A DNA stretch of 64,000 nt from an uncultured bacterium (GTDB lineage: Bacteria > Fidelibacterota > Marinisomatia > Marinisomatales > UBA1611): NCBI GenBank assembly GCA_943788175.1, contig CALSPG010000010.1, positions 13,394 through 77,393 of the forward strand, written 5' to 3'. Numbering within the stretch: the first letter of the stretch is position 1; each line of letters begins with the position of its first letter. Positions 9,853-20,469 of the stretch are shown piece by piece. Under the pieces are notes generated by a model. It saw only the letters and a program-made list of their open reading frames with translations, was not told the origin of the DNA and did no database searches. Made by a program: the position numbers and the translations under genes.

Positions 9853-12800
9853 CTAAATGGATCGATGAAAACTTAAAACTAAGTTCTTTTCATATGACGT
9901 TTCTTTGCCATCTATAAGAATAAAAGGAAAATCTAATCTCAAATAAATTGGTTTGTTATAAAACATACCACTAAAACGAATGCCAATGCCAAAACTTGCG
10001 AGACCCTTCATATCTTCACCTTGTTGAAAAAGTCCTGCGTCTGAAAATAGTGCCATTTCACTATTTATAATTCTGTCTTCAAAAAAACCATTTAAACCTA
10101 CTTTTTTATTTAAAAAATAAATTTCATTTGAAACAGATGATATTGCATTAGTTTTAATCGCATCTTGGCTCGAAAGAGATCTTATATTACCATCGCTAGG
10201 TAGATGGTATCCCGCTCTAAACTCGTTCCATGCAAAAAAACTGTCAAGTCCACGCAAATATGATTTTTCGTACATATCTGGGGAACTATTGCCGGCAGGA
10301 TTGAAAGATATTTGCGTTGGCGCGCCATTTGAAGTTGTCCAAACCTTACCAAGAAAAAATCTTCCCCTGTAGCCGCTATGAGTAAACCCCAATATTGACC
10401 TAAGAATATTTTCTAATTGAATCGTTTTTGATTTTTTTATACTGGAGAGAAAAGATAATTTTGAAAAATTCCAATTTGAACTCGGATTAATAGAACTAAT
10501 AAAATCAATAGCATGACTAGCATTATCAAAGTCAACACTGTTTTTTAGATAAAAAGCAGAAATATCACCTAGTTCATACAAGTTAGTTCGAAATGTATCG
10601 ATGTCAAATTGATGATAAACGCCTACTTTATAAGTTCGTTTAGGTTTTTTATTGTAAGCATTATTATACTTTATTTTCTCTATCTCTACGTTTAGTTCTG
10701 AAAGTCCAGGTAAATTAAAAGCTTTATAGTTTAATTTTAAATTTTTAAATCTATGCACAGATTTAAAGCTTCCAAAATAATACCAATAAAAATTCTTTTT
10801 ATTATCATCAAAGTTTTTTTTAGTCGCATAATTAAACTTAAAAGATTGTTTTTCCCAATTCCCATAGGAACGTTGAAAATGCAATCCGGGGCTGTACCCA
10901 TCTAGTTCATTATAATACAGGGAAGGTAGCCAACTGTAAAGTATTTTGTTTCTGGGCTTATAATTCATACCCGGCCAATCAAATACAATTTCATAATCTG
11001 AATTCGTGGAGTTATTTCTATAATCAACATCTAGTGTTTGGACATCTGGGTCTAGAGTGACTTTTTTTGGCTTTGAAGGGACGGAAAATGAAAAAGTATC
11101 CTTAGTATTCCAGTAATAATTATTCCACCATCTTCTATCAAAAGAACCATCGTATAGCTCTGTTTCAACCAACAAAGGCATGTGCCTATTACCTAAATTT
11201 TTTATATTAATATGAACATCGTAAGAACCATTTTTATTTTTTTTATTGTTCCACCTATTGATCCCATAATCAAGTACTCTTGTGTCATGCAACCAAGGAT
11301 CAAAGAACCAAGCTAAATCTCTGTTGGTAATTTTCTCAACAGATTCTATGAATTTTTGTTCGTTAACATGCTTTTGCTTCCAAGTCTCATAAAAATATTG
11401 AATTGATTTGTAATAAAGTGAATCACCTAAAACATACTTAAGCTCATTTAGCATTAAAGAAGGCTTGGTGTAAGCATTTTGCCTATATGATGAACTATTT
11501 TTAAACAAATAACTTTTACGACTAATCGGTTCATCATATCCGCTCATAATATATTTTATAGCTCTCCATTGATCATTATGCAACTTATTATTAAATGTCC
11601 AAAATTTTCTCTGATAGCTATCTGTCCAATCATCTGATTGCCAATCAAATCCAATTGGGCCGTAGCGATCCATCATATAATCTCTTGTCTGAGCACTGGT
11701 AAACCCTTCATCAATCCATGCTTCATCGACCTCATTATTTCCTAGGATGCCATAAAACCATATATGTCCAATTTCATGAAGAATTAAACTTTCACGATCA
11801 CTACCATCCATAATAAGCATCGGGTATTCCATTCCTCCTGATTTAAGCCTATCAGTATTGGTAATTTGAGGATAAGTATATTTACCAAATTTTTCATTAA
11901 GCCACTTTAAGGCACGGACAGACCTCTCCCTCACAACTTGATTCCAATCATTTGCATTCACTCTATTATAGAGCACATGAACATCGATTCCGTCATATAT
12001 ATCATGCTCATAAAGAAAATTTGGAGAGGCTACCCAAGCAAAATCATGAACATTTTCAGCAACAAACCTAACTTTTCTATTTTTTATTAATTCAGGTTCT
12101 TTATAATCTTCTTCAAACACTGCAAACCAATCATCAAAATCTGCTGACGTATCAACTCGAACCATTTCCCAACCTGGATCGCCACTTTTAACTACACCAG
12201 AAGCGCCAACAATGAATTTTGCAGGCAGTTCAAATTCCACATCAAATCGACCAAATTCACCATAAAATTCTCCTTGAGCATGGAATGGTTCAGCATGCCA
12301 ACCCCTATCATCATAAACTGCTATTTTAGGATACCATTGAGCCATATTATATTGCCCCTCGTAATAACCAGCTCTTTCAACCATGCCACCAACATGATGA
12401 TTCCATTCGATGTCAATACGAACCTCTTCTCCTGGTAAGATAGCACTTTTTAATTTGGCGCGTAATACTGTATCATTTATTTTATAGTCATCGAGTACAA
12501 TATTTCGATCTTTCGCAACAGTAAACTCTCTTACATGAATTCTGCTTTGGTAACCATCAAGCTCATCACGAAAGTAAGAAGCCCTTGAATTGCTACCATA
12601 ACCACTTAAATAGTCTCTTGTCTTTACTGAACCGAGTTGAAAAGCATTTGGATATAGATGAAGATAGATTTCATTTAACTCATCAGGGGAATTATTTTTG
12701 TACGTTATAATAGAATTACACGCTAATTGTCTTACACTATCAATTAACACTACATTCATTTTATAATTAACAGATTGTTGCCAATAATTATCGCTGCTCA

Positions 12801-12858
12801 ATAAAAATGAAAGAGCAAAAAAAAGTACATATACAGTTCTTTTAAACAAGCGAACCAT
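9853..12858 (-). CDS. M1-family (gluzincin) aminopeptidase with long C-terminal extension
   Basis: GGMEY exopeptidase motif, HEIGHIWF...DEG zinc motif, AYTKP; signal peptide. Confidence 0.9.
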   Translation of the reverse strand: MVRLFKRTVYVLFFALSFLLSSDNYWQQSVNYKMNVVLIDSVRQLACNSIITYKNNSPDELNEIYLHLYPNAFQLGSVKTRDYLSGYGSNSRASYFRDELDGYQSRIHVREFTVAKDRNIVLDDYKINDTVLRAKLKSAILPGEEVRIDIEWNHHVGGMVERAGYYEGQYNMAQWYPKIAVYDDRGWHAEPFHAQGEFYGEFGRFDVEFELPAKFIVGASGVVKSGDPGWEMVRVDTSADFDDWFAVFEEDYKEPELIKNRKVRFVAENVHDFAWVASPNFLYEHDIYDGIDVHVLYNRVNANDWNQVVRERSVRALKWLNEKFGKYTYPQITNTDRLKSGGMEYPMLIMDGSDRESLILHEIGHIWFYGILGNNEVDEAWIDEGFTSAQTRDYMMDRYGPIGFDWQSDDWTDSYQRKFWTFNNKLHNDQWRAIKYIMSGYDEPISRKSYLFKNSSSYRQNAYTKPSLMLNELKYVLGDSLYYKSIQYFYETWKQKHVNEQKFIESVEKITNRDLAWFFDPWLHDTRVLDYGINRWNNKKNKNGSYDVHINIKNLGNRHMPLLVETELYDGSFDRRWWNNYYWNTKDTFSFSVPSKPKKVTLDPDVQTLDVDYRNNSTNSDYEIVFDWPGMNYKPRNKILYSWLPSLYYNELDGYSPGLHFQRSYGNWEKQSFKFNYATKKNFDDNKKNFYWYYFGSFKSVHRFKNLKLNYKAFNLPGLSELNVEIEKIKYNNAYNKKPKRTYKVGVYHQFDIDTFRTNLYELGDISAFYLKNSVDFDNASHAIDFISSINPSSNWNFSKLSFLSSIKKSKTIQLENILRSILGFTHSGYRGRFFLGKVWTTSNGAPTQISFNPAGNSSPDMYEKSYLRGLDSFFAWNEFRAGYHLPSDGNIRSLSSQDAIKTNAISSVSNEIYFLNKKVGLNGFFEDRIINSEMALFSDAGLFQQGEDMKGLASFGIGIRFSGMFYNKPIYLRLDFPFILIDGKETSYEKNLVLSFHRSI

Positions 12859-12870
12859 TACTAATAATAA

Positions 12871-13533
12871 TTACAAATAAGGTTTAAGATCTTTAGAAAA
12901 AACGTGTCCAGGCCTGGCTCCTCTATAAGTTTTAACAATATATCCTTCTCGATCAATTAAGAATGTTGTAGGAACAGCTCTTGTACCTACGCCAGAAATA
13001 GTTCCAAAGTCACTAAAGGCCTTATATGATTCATTACCCTCAATATCTGTAAGAACAGGATAGTTTATTTTATAATAGTCCGAGAACTTCTTAATACTTT
13101 CGGAACCACCAGATTGAATTGCTATACCAACAATCTCTAGACCTTCATTATTAAACTCATCGTGTAATTTAATAAAATCAGGTATCTCTTGTCTACACGG
13201 TCCACACCAGGTACCCCAAAATGTGAGCAAAACCACCTGCCCTTCATATGCTGAAAAAGTCATAACATTTCCATCTAGGTCCGCTAACATAAAATCAGGC
13301 GCTTTCATTTTTTGATATTCTTTGCCTGTTGAGCTTTTTACTTTCTTAGCTTTTATTTCTTTGCTTTTCCTAAGAGACGCTTTTGAATTATCATTAACTT
13401 TTCCCAAAATCATTTTTTGATTTGAAACATTCAAATTTTGTTCAATTTCATTAATCTTTTTCTTCTCTCCATTACCGCTGCAGCCTAAAAACAATGTCAA
13501 TGACAAAACCAAAAAAAATTTTAAGTAAAGCAT
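12871..13533 (-). CDS. TlpA/ResA-family thiol:disulfide reductase lipoprotein
   Basis: Lipobox FLGC; APDF; WGTWCGPC; VPTTFLID. Confidence 0.92.
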   Translation of the reverse strand: MLYLKFFLVLSLTLFLGCSGNGEKKKINEIEQNLNVSNQKMILGKVNDNSKASLRKSKEIKAKKVKSSTGKEYQKMKAPDFMLADLDGNVMTFSAYEGQVVLLTFWGTWCGPCRQEIPDFIKLHDEFNNEGLEIVGIAIQSGGSESIKKFSDYYKINYPVLTDIEGNESYKAFSDFGTISGVGTRAVPTTFLIDREGYIVKTYRGARPGHVFSKDLKPYL

Positions 13534-13583
13534 TTATTAATTCATTCCTTTATTTATTATATCGTAAATATTGAAAAATACTA

Positions 13584-15500
13584 CTATTGGTCCTTGGAAT
13601 AATATTTTTTAATACCCTTAGACAAAAATCGATCAAACCCGTTAGGTATGTAACCGCCAGTATCAGCTAAAGCAGACTCGGTATTCGGGTCCAGTATAAC
13701 ATAATATGGCTGAGTAGCTGTTTTGTATCTCTCAAATTGCATTTGAGCATAAATTGCACTCAATGAGTCTTTTTTGTCAACATAGAGCCTAGCTAAAACC
13801 ATATTATCAAGTTGGTTTTTTATTTTTTCTAGTGGGAAAATTCGTCTTTCCATTACTCTGCAATTTGCACAATAGATTCCAGTAAAATCTAGAAATAAAG
13901 GTCTGCCTTCTTTTTTTGCAAGCGCTAAAGCACCATCATAATCATCAACAAACCAACCCTCTTTTACAGCAATTTCATCTTCTGTTGGAGGGGGAGGTAC
14001 CATTGCTTCAATTAATTCATCAGCGAATCTTGGAAGCCCGTTATAATGAAAAGTTGGCCCAGAAAAAAGGGATAACCCGATAGGAAGAAGCACTAAAGAT
14101 GTAATAATTATTCCAACGTAACTAATATCTTTTCTTTTGTTTTGAGGCCCTTTTTGAATTGAAAGAATACCAGCCAAATAGAGAATCAATAATAACCCGA
14201 TTAGAAGGAATAATCCCAGCACCACATTGCGAGGCAATAATCCAAGCTCCCATTCTAAATCAGGAACCCACAAAAATTTCACAGCCGCTGCTAATTCCAC
14301 AAAACCAAAAACAACTTTAGCTTTTTCCATCCATATACCAGATCTTGGTAACTTATCTAATGATGATGGGAATAAAGATAAAATGACAAAAGGGAAAGCA
14401 AAAACAACTCCGTAAACTGTCATACCCAGCAAGCTAGTTAATAAACCAGTTGCTGTTCCACTAGCCGCAACCACAAGAAGCATTCCAACAACGGGGACCG
14501 TACAGCTAAAACTTGTTATAGCAAAGGCAACACCTAATATAAAAGCACCAAGATAAGCATTCTTGGCTGATTGTCCGACTTTATCTGTTTTGCTAAGTAA
14601 CGCTCCAGCAACATTTACATTGATTACACCAAACATCCACAATGCAAAAAAAATAAATAAAAGCCCTAAAACCAAATTAAGCCAAGCATTTGTAGCAATG
14701 AAATTGCCTATATTTGCATAGCCAGTTTGAACAGCTGCATCATTAACCCCCCAGGATAAAAAGCTTACAAGTAATCCAATAAAAACAAAGGTACCTGCAA
14801 TCCCAGAGCCATATAGAGTAGCAACGGAAATCCTTCCAATATTCTTATCTTCACTTACTTTTCCAAAAAATGAAATTATGATTGGTATCATGGGATAAAC
14901 GCAAGGCATTACCCAACTTAAAATTGCCCCGCCTATTGCAATAATAATTAGATTTAAAAATGAATTACCCTTATTTTTTTCGACTTTATCGCTCTTCAGA
15001 ATACTTAAAGTAGTTCTACCGTCCCTTGGCTCCCCAGGAACAACATTGATTAAAATCTTTTTAGATACTTCTTTGGGAGGATAACAAAGTCGCTCGTTAC
15101 AGACTTGATAATAGACTTTTACAATGAGTTCATAAACTCCAGGAATCAAGTTTTTTTTCATGAGTACTTGGGTCGAAAACTGAGTGTCACCCTTATGATA
15201 AAAGGAGGTCATATCGAAACCAGGATCATATTTTTCTATTGGATTAGGCTCAATTATTTTAGCAATTGAACTAATCGATTCTCCAGCAATCTCAATTTCT
15301 GTTGCTAGTGGACCATCTACAATTTTATAAATTGAATAGATTTTCCATTCACTATCCATTTCAGCATCTATAACTATGTTGATTACCTCACCTGCTCGCG
15401 CCGAAGTATCTGACTGCACGTTGATAACAACAGGGTTAGTGACCTGCGACAAACAGATAGTAACGAAAAAGACAATACAACTTATTAAATATTTAATCAT
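13584..15500 (-). CDS. dsbD: DsbD-family thiol:disulfide interchange protein (Ig-like, TM and thioredoxin domains)
   Basis: QVCNERLCYPP N-domain; MPCVYPMIP and FSCTVP TM cysteines; FTGIYCANC thioredoxin domain. Start moved to MIKYL (15500) to avoid overlap. Confidence 0.9.
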   Translation of the reverse strand: MIKYLISCIVFFVTICLSQVTNPVVINVQSDTSARAGEVINIVIDAEMDSEWKIYSIYKIVDGPLATEIEIAGESISSIAKIIEPNPIEKYDPGFDMTSFYHKGDTQFSTQVLMKKNLIPGVYELIVKVYYQVCNERLCYPPKEVSKKILINVVPGEPRDGRTTLSILKSDKVEKNKGNSFLNLIIIAIGGAILSWVMPCVYPMIPIIISFFGKVSEDKNIGRISVATLYGSGIAGTFVFIGLLVSFLSWGVNDAAVQTGYANIGNFIATNAWLNLVLGLLFIFFALWMFGVINVNVAGALLSKTDKVGQSAKNAYLGAFILGVAFAITSFSCTVPVVGMLLVVAASGTATGLLTSLLGMTVYGVVFAFPFVILSLFPSSLDKLPRSGIWMEKAKVVFGFVELAAAVKFLWVPDLEWELGLLPRNVVLGLFLLIGLLLILYLAGILSIQKGPQNKRKDISYVGIIITSLVLLPIGLSLFSGPTFHYNGLPRFADELIEAMVPPPPTEDEIAVKEGWFVDDYDGALALAKKEGRPLFLDFTGIYCANCRVMERRIFPLEKIKNQLDNMVLARLYVDKKDSLSAIYAQMQFERYKTATQPYYVILDPNTESALADTGGYIPNGFDRFLSKGIKKYYSKDQ

Positions 15501-15514
15501 AGTGGAGTTGTATT

Positions 15515-16417
15515 TTACCTCAGGTTTAAACATAATTTATAGTAAATATCATCTTTGCGCGGCTCTAAATTTTTTAGAGTTTCTAAACTCTTTGACATTG
15601 CGTTTTTGCCACACTCTAACAACTTATCAAAGTTATCAAAGTCGGACCAATGAATGCCTGAGACCTCAGGCTTAACTAGAATGTCTGCTTGCCTTGACAA
15701 GTTGTTTTTTAATCTCAAGGATGTAATGATATCTGAACGCCTCATTATCTCTATCATATTCGGTTGGTTTAATGGTTTTAATTCATAATTAGTTATATCT
15801 ACTGCCATTACCATTTCTGCGTACTCTTTTAGTATCTCAACTGGAATTGGTGATGTAACGCCACCATCTACAATTAGCTTACTATCTTTTTTAGTAGCTT
15901 CAAAAAAACCTGGGATAGAAGAGCTCTGAATGAGGGCTTCTCTAATATCACCTCTGCTATAGATAATTTCTTCCCCGTTTTGAATATCTGTAGCTATAAC
16001 CTTTAAAGGAATTTGAAGCTCTTCAAAGTTATTACAAGGTATCATGAACTCTACCGAATTTTCAATTATTGAACGAGGAACAACGTAAGACTCATTCAAA
16101 CCTAGCCTAGCAGCATAGCCTTGTTTTGCTAGTTCAGTATTGTTCTCGAGAAAAGTTTCTTTATTACGTCCAGCCATTAAAGAACCGGAACTAAAGCTCG
16201 CAAATAAATCACTGTTCATCAGTTCACGGAAGCGAGTTTCTATCCAGTTAGGATCTAAGGTTGCGGCATACATTGCACCAATCATTGAACCAGCGCTAAC
16301 TCCAGCGATTAAATCAGGCTTAAGCCCACTGTTATGGAGAACTTGAAGCGCCCCAATATGTGCAACACCTCTTGAACCTCCTCCTCCTAAGGCAAGCCCT
16401 AGATACGACTTTCCCAT
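15515..16417 (-). CDS. Patatin-like phospholipase (RssA-like)
   Basis: LGGGGSRG, GVSAG nucleophile, DGG motif. Confidence 0.92.
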   Translation of the reverse strand: MGKSYLGLALGGGGSRGVAHIGALQVLHNSGLKPDLIAGVSAGSMIGAMYAATLDPNWIETRFRELMNSDLFASFSSGSLMAGRNKETFLENNTELAKQGYAARLGLNESYVVPRSIIENSVEFMIPCNNFEELQIPLKVIATDIQNGEEIIYSRGDIREALIQSSSIPGFFEATKKDSKLIVDGGVTSPIPVEILKEYAEMVMAVDITNYELKPLNQPNMIEIMRRSDIITSLRLKNNLSRQADILVKPEVSGIHWSDFDNFDKLLECGKNAMSKSLETLKNLEPRKDDIYYKLCLNLR

Positions 16418-16420
16418 CGA

Positions 16421-17035
16421 TTACTTTTTATCTTCTAGGACAACCTTCATTTCAATTCTATCATCTGGATTATCTCTAGCATCTCTTGGCGCGCTGACTA
16501 TAGCGTCGACAACTTCCATACCACTAACGACTTTACCAAAAACAGTGTATTGGTTATCTAAAAAGTTTGCATCTGCCACACAAATAAAAAATTGACTTCC
16601 TCCACTATCAGGGTTTTGAGACCTTGCCATAGATAATATGCCTCTAACATGCGTAGTCGTACTGAATTCAGCTGGTAAATCCCAAGTAGATTCAGAGTCT
16701 TCACTTCCAATACCAAAAAATTTTGCAGCATTACCGCCTGTTCCATGCCTACTTTTGTCTTCTGATTTTGTTAGAGGGTCACCACCTTGAATCATAAACC
16801 CTGGAATTACTCTATGAAAAGTTGTTCCATCATAATAACCATTTTGAGCATGCAATTTAAAACTCTCAACATGCTTCGGGGCAATATCATCAAAAAATTC
16901 TAATTTTATATCACCAAATTTTGTTGTAATAACTGCTATATCTTTTTCCATAACTGTATCCTTATTTTTTTGTTTTGTTCCACAACCTACTATAGTCAAA
17001 ATAATAGCAAGTAATATTGTAGTTTGTTTTATCAT
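16421..17035 (-). CDS. Cyclophilin-type peptidyl-prolyl isomerase (probable lipoprotein)
   Basis: FHRVIPGFMIQGGDP, LSMAR, GSQFFI, YTVFGKV; lipobox IVGC. Confidence 0.95.
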   Translation of the reverse strand: MIKQTTILLAIILTIVGCGTKQKNKDTVMEKDIAVITTKFGDIKLEFFDDIAPKHVESFKLHAQNGYYDGTTFHRVIPGFMIQGGDPLTKSEDKSRHGTGGNAAKFFGIGSEDSESTWDLPAEFSTTTHVRGILSMARSQNPDSGGSQFFICVADANFLDNQYTVFGKVVSGMEVVDAIVSAPRDARDNPDDRIEMKVVLEDKK

Positions 17036-17607
17036 AACGTTTTTCTACTCCCTGGTTTTTGTACTGGAATTTCTTTTAAATTATTTGGCATTCTATCTGC
17101 ATCATAACTTACGGCCTCAAGCTTAACGATTGAATATTGATTTTTATGAAGATTAATAGTACCATTACTTCTATCTACAAGAATAGCAACTCCGGAAATT
17201 AAACCACCTAATTTGATAACTTCACTCATGACTTCCTTAACAGAGCCACCGGTTGTTATAACATCCTCAACAATCAGAATGTTTTGATTTTTTTTTATAT
17301 TGAAACCTCTACGGATGCACATAACTCCATTTTTTCTCTCGGCAAAAATAGTTCTAGCATTTAGCAAACGTCCAACCTCAGTACCTAAAACAATACCACC
17401 GATAGCTGGCGATATTACTGCGTCTATTTTTGTCGAAATAAAATTATCAGCGATCATAGAAGCAAATAATGTGAGATATTTAGGGTATTGCAATACTTTT
17501 GCGCACTGAAAGTAAGAGGGGCTATGTTTGCCTGAGGTAAGGACAAAATGCCCAGACAACAGTGCCTCAGTTTCTTTAAAAATATCAACTATTTTTTCTT
17601 TATCCAC
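17032..17607 (-). CDS. pyrE: Orotate phosphoribosyltransferase
   Basis: GHFVLTSGKHS, IVEDVITTGGS PRPP motif; overlaps pyrF. Confidence 0.95.
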   Translation of the reverse strand: MDKEKIVDIFKETEALLSGHFVLTSGKHSPSYFQCAKVLQYPKYLTLFASMIADNFISTKIDAVISPAIGGIVLGTEVGRLLNARTIFAERKNGVMCIRRGFNIKKNQNILIVEDVITTGGSVKEVMSEVIKLGGLISGVAILVDRSNGTINLHKNQYSIVKLEAVSYDADRMPNNLKEIPVQKPGSRKTL

Positions 17608-18397
17608 TTAATGCCTCATTTATTTTTTTAACATAGGAAAGTGCCGATTCACGTATAGATTTTTCAGAACAATCACCAGAAAAAGAGATATCTCTTGATA
17701 CATTTATAATTCCTATCCCAGTTTTATTACCTTCTAAGACACAACTACTTAAATCCCCGCCCTGGGCTCCTACTCCTGGAATTAAGATAGGCAAATCAGG
17801 CGCTAATTTTCGAACTTTCGAAAGCTCCTTAGGTGCCGTTGCTCCGACAACTAACCCTACATTGTCCTTTGAGTTTAAATCATTTGCCCATTTTGCAACT
17901 AATTCATAAATATGGTCACCGCCTATTAAATTTTGACTTTGAAAAGTGTCAGCGGAAGGGTTTGAGGTTCGACACAATATAAAAACACCTTTTTCTTCAA
18001 AATCAATAAAAGGTTTTATACTATCTTCGCCCATGTAGGGGCTTAGCGTAACACAATCAAACCCAAAATGATTAAAGATACTTTCAGCATATTGTTTTGC
18101 GGTATTCCCGATATCACCCCTTTTTGCGTCTGCAATAACTATTGCATCTTCGCCAATGTAATTGACTATATCTTCTAACCATTTAAACCCCCTAGCACCC
18201 CATCTTTCAAAAAAAGCAAAGTTAGGTTTGTAGCACAATGCTATGTCTCTAGTCGCATCAACAATTTTTTTTGAGTGCGATACCAAGTCATCAAATTCAT
18301 TAGATTTAACTAAAACAGGATCAACATCTATACCAACACAAAGGTAAGAATTGATTCTTTTTGCTCTATTTTTTATCTTGTGATTGAAAGAAATCAT
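17600..18397 (-). CDS. pyrF: Orotidine-5'-phosphate decarboxylase
   Basis: LCVGID, KPNFAFF, DAKRGDIGNT, PGVGAQGG, NVSR. Confidence 0.97.
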   Translation of the reverse strand: MISFNHKIKNRAKRINSYLCVGIDVDPVLVKSNEFDDLVSHSKKIVDATRDIALCYKPNFAFFERWGARGFKWLEDIVNYIGEDAIVIADAKRGDIGNTAKQYAESIFNHFGFDCVTLSPYMGEDSIKPFIDFEEKGVFILCRTSNPSADTFQSQNLIGGDHIYELVAKWANDLNSKDNVGLVVGATAPKELSKVRKLAPDLPILIPGVGAQGGDLSSCVLEGNKTGIGIINVSRDISFSGDCSEKSIRESALSYVKKINEALSG

Positions 18398-18503
18398 GGC
18401 TCAAAATATAGCTCGATAACAATACATTTAAAAAACTGAAATTATAAGTTTATGCAATAAAACAAAATTGTGAATGAAAATTTTAAATCAGTAAACTTTA
18501 TTA

Positions 18504-19085
18504 ATGAAAAAAATCAAAAAAAATACGACAACGATTACGAAAATTATTGCTTCCAGCGGATCATTTGATATTGAACTTATAGAAAGTCTTGGTACAGCTG
18601 ACTATGAATCATTGATGGAGATATCGGCATCTCTGGCTGAAGACTATGGCGAAAAATATCTATTAACTAAAAACACCATTAACAAATACTTTAACCGCTC
18701 TGGTGCACTTCCAATTATTGCGCGATTCGATAATAAAATTATAGGATATATAATTGGAATGCCTTTGGAACTATTATCTCAAGAGCCTTGGGTTAGACTA
18801 GATGAAAACTATGGAAAGTTCAATACCTTATATACATACGCTTTCGTAATAAAAAATGATTTTAAAAGAAAAGGTTATGCGAAAATATTAAAAAAAGTTT
18901 ATATCAGTTGGGCAAAAAAAAAAGAGGGAATTCTCTACAATACTGGACATGTCAAATCAGGTATTTCTAAAAAATTTAAAGGTCAAATCAAAATTATCGC
19001 AGAGATTAATAACTGGCAAGGTACAGGAAAAATATTTGAATATTATCGTAGAAATTTAGATCCTGAAAAAATCTATGAAAACTAA
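18504..19085 (+). CDS. Hypothetical GNAT-fold protein
   Basis: KIIGYIIG strand and FKRKGYAKIL resembling acetyl-CoA-binding motif A. Confidence 0.55.
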   Translation: MKKIKKNTTTITKIIASSGSFDIELIESLGTADYESLMEISASLAEDYGEKYLLTKNTINKYFNRSGALPIIARFDNKIIGYIIGMPLELLSQEPWVRLDENYGKFNTLYTYAFVIKNDFKRKGYAKILKKVYISWAKKKEGILYNTGHVKSGISKKFKGQIKIIAEINNWQGTGKIFEYYRRNLDPEKIYEN

Positions 19086-19110
19086 AGTAATAAACCACGT
19101 TAATGCTTTT

Positions 19111-20439
19111 TTAAAAACAAATAGCACTTAGTGATTCGTGAGCGAGGCTCCTTAAAGCTTTTATACTTGCTCGCTCAATAAAATCATAATTTAATGCTTC
19201 TCGTGAAGCAATAATATGATCAAGAATGATATTTTTTGTTTTGGTGTCTATAATTTTTATCGACAAAAAAGCCTCAGATTTAAAAGGCTGTTTTCTGTTA
19301 GCTCTACTAGTATTTCCAATAGATGATACGCCAAAAAACATCGATAAATCAGCATCATCTTCATTATTGACAAAAATCATATCATATTTAGATTCAAAAC
19401 AAGATTTGACAGATTCATTGAAAACAGATTCGCCTAAACTAGAGTTAACACTTTGGATAGTCTCATTTAAAAAAACCTTTTTACTACTGGATATAACTGC
19501 AATTTTAGATTCCTTTTTATCAAATAAAAAAAAATCAAAAAAGGGTGTATTTAGAATTGTTTCATAATCGATTTTAATAGTAAAACTATATGGATTCCCG
19601 TCAGCTGATAATGGGATTTTTATCTTATTTTCTTCAGTTAAATTATCAGTTATATTGATTGAATCGAAGGCACTTCCAAACTCCTGAATCATATTTATAT
19701 TATCTAATTTTTGGTTAGTTTTATTATCATAAATACTCACGTTAATATTTACACCATTATTAGTCATTGGAAGACTATTAATTGTTTCCGGTTCATATGA
19801 AAAAGTAATTCGATTATTGTAATCATTAATAATTCTTTTGGTTTTTTCTAGGATATCTGTCTCAACATTTTTTTTATTATTTTTAATTAACAAATGATCC
19901 ATATGGATTACAAGATGATCAATAATCGATGACAGTGTTATAAAATTTTCAATCTTTAAATCGTCACTTAACAAAGATATCTGCTTTGTAACATCATAAT
20001 TATTAAATCTTTGTGCTATGCTTTTATAGTATTCTTTTTTACTTATGCTTAACAAAGAATATTTAAACCCATTGTAGACAAAAGAGCTATCAAAATTTTT
20101 TAATGAATTAATTAAATCTCTCCGACCACTCATGATGTGTTTGGTAACCTTATCAAGATGTTTTTCTTTTATATCATAATTTTCAATAAATATTTTTTCC
20201 AAATCTTTTCTTAATTTTTCATTCATCAGGCTTAAAGCATTATCTTCTGAAGTAATTGAATCGTTTGTACTAGTTTGTCCAACTTTATACCACTTTTCAA
20301 TATCAATGGGCACACCCTTTATCCAATTAGGAATTCTTTTTTTAGACTTTTGGACTGGAGCTAACTCCGGCTTAGGACTACAGGATTGAGAAGAAAAAAT
20401 AAAAAGAAAAATGAGGATAGTGAAAATTATTTGGCGCAT
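19111..20439 (-). CDS. Hypothetical lipoprotein (paralog of adjacent gene)
   Basis: Signal ending SQSC; P.WI motif after the lipobox; C-terminus similar to 20470-21813. Confidence 0.6.
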   Translation of the reverse strand: MRQIIFTILIFLFIFSSQSCSPKPELAPVQKSKKRIPNWIKGVPIDIEKWYKVGQTSTNDSITSEDNALSLMNEKLRKDLEKIFIENYDIKEKHLDKVTKHIMSGRRDLINSLKNFDSSFVYNGFKYSLLSISKKEYYKSIAQRFNNYDVTKQISLLSDDLKIENFITLSSIIDHLVIHMDHLLIKNNKKNVETDILEKTKRIINDYNNRITFSYEPETINSLPMTNNGVNINVSIYDNKTNQKLDNINMIQEFGSAFDSINITDNLTEENKIKIPLSADGNPYSFTIKIDYETILNTPFFDFFLFDKKESKIAVISSSKKVFLNETIQSVNSSLGESVFNESVKSCFESKYDMIFVNNEDDADLSMFFGVSSIGNTSRANRKQPFKSEAFLSIKIIDTKTKNIILDHIIASREALNYDFIERASIKALRSLAHESLSAICF

Positions 20440-20469
20440 TATTAGAATGAAGTGACTTAGCTTAATTAC

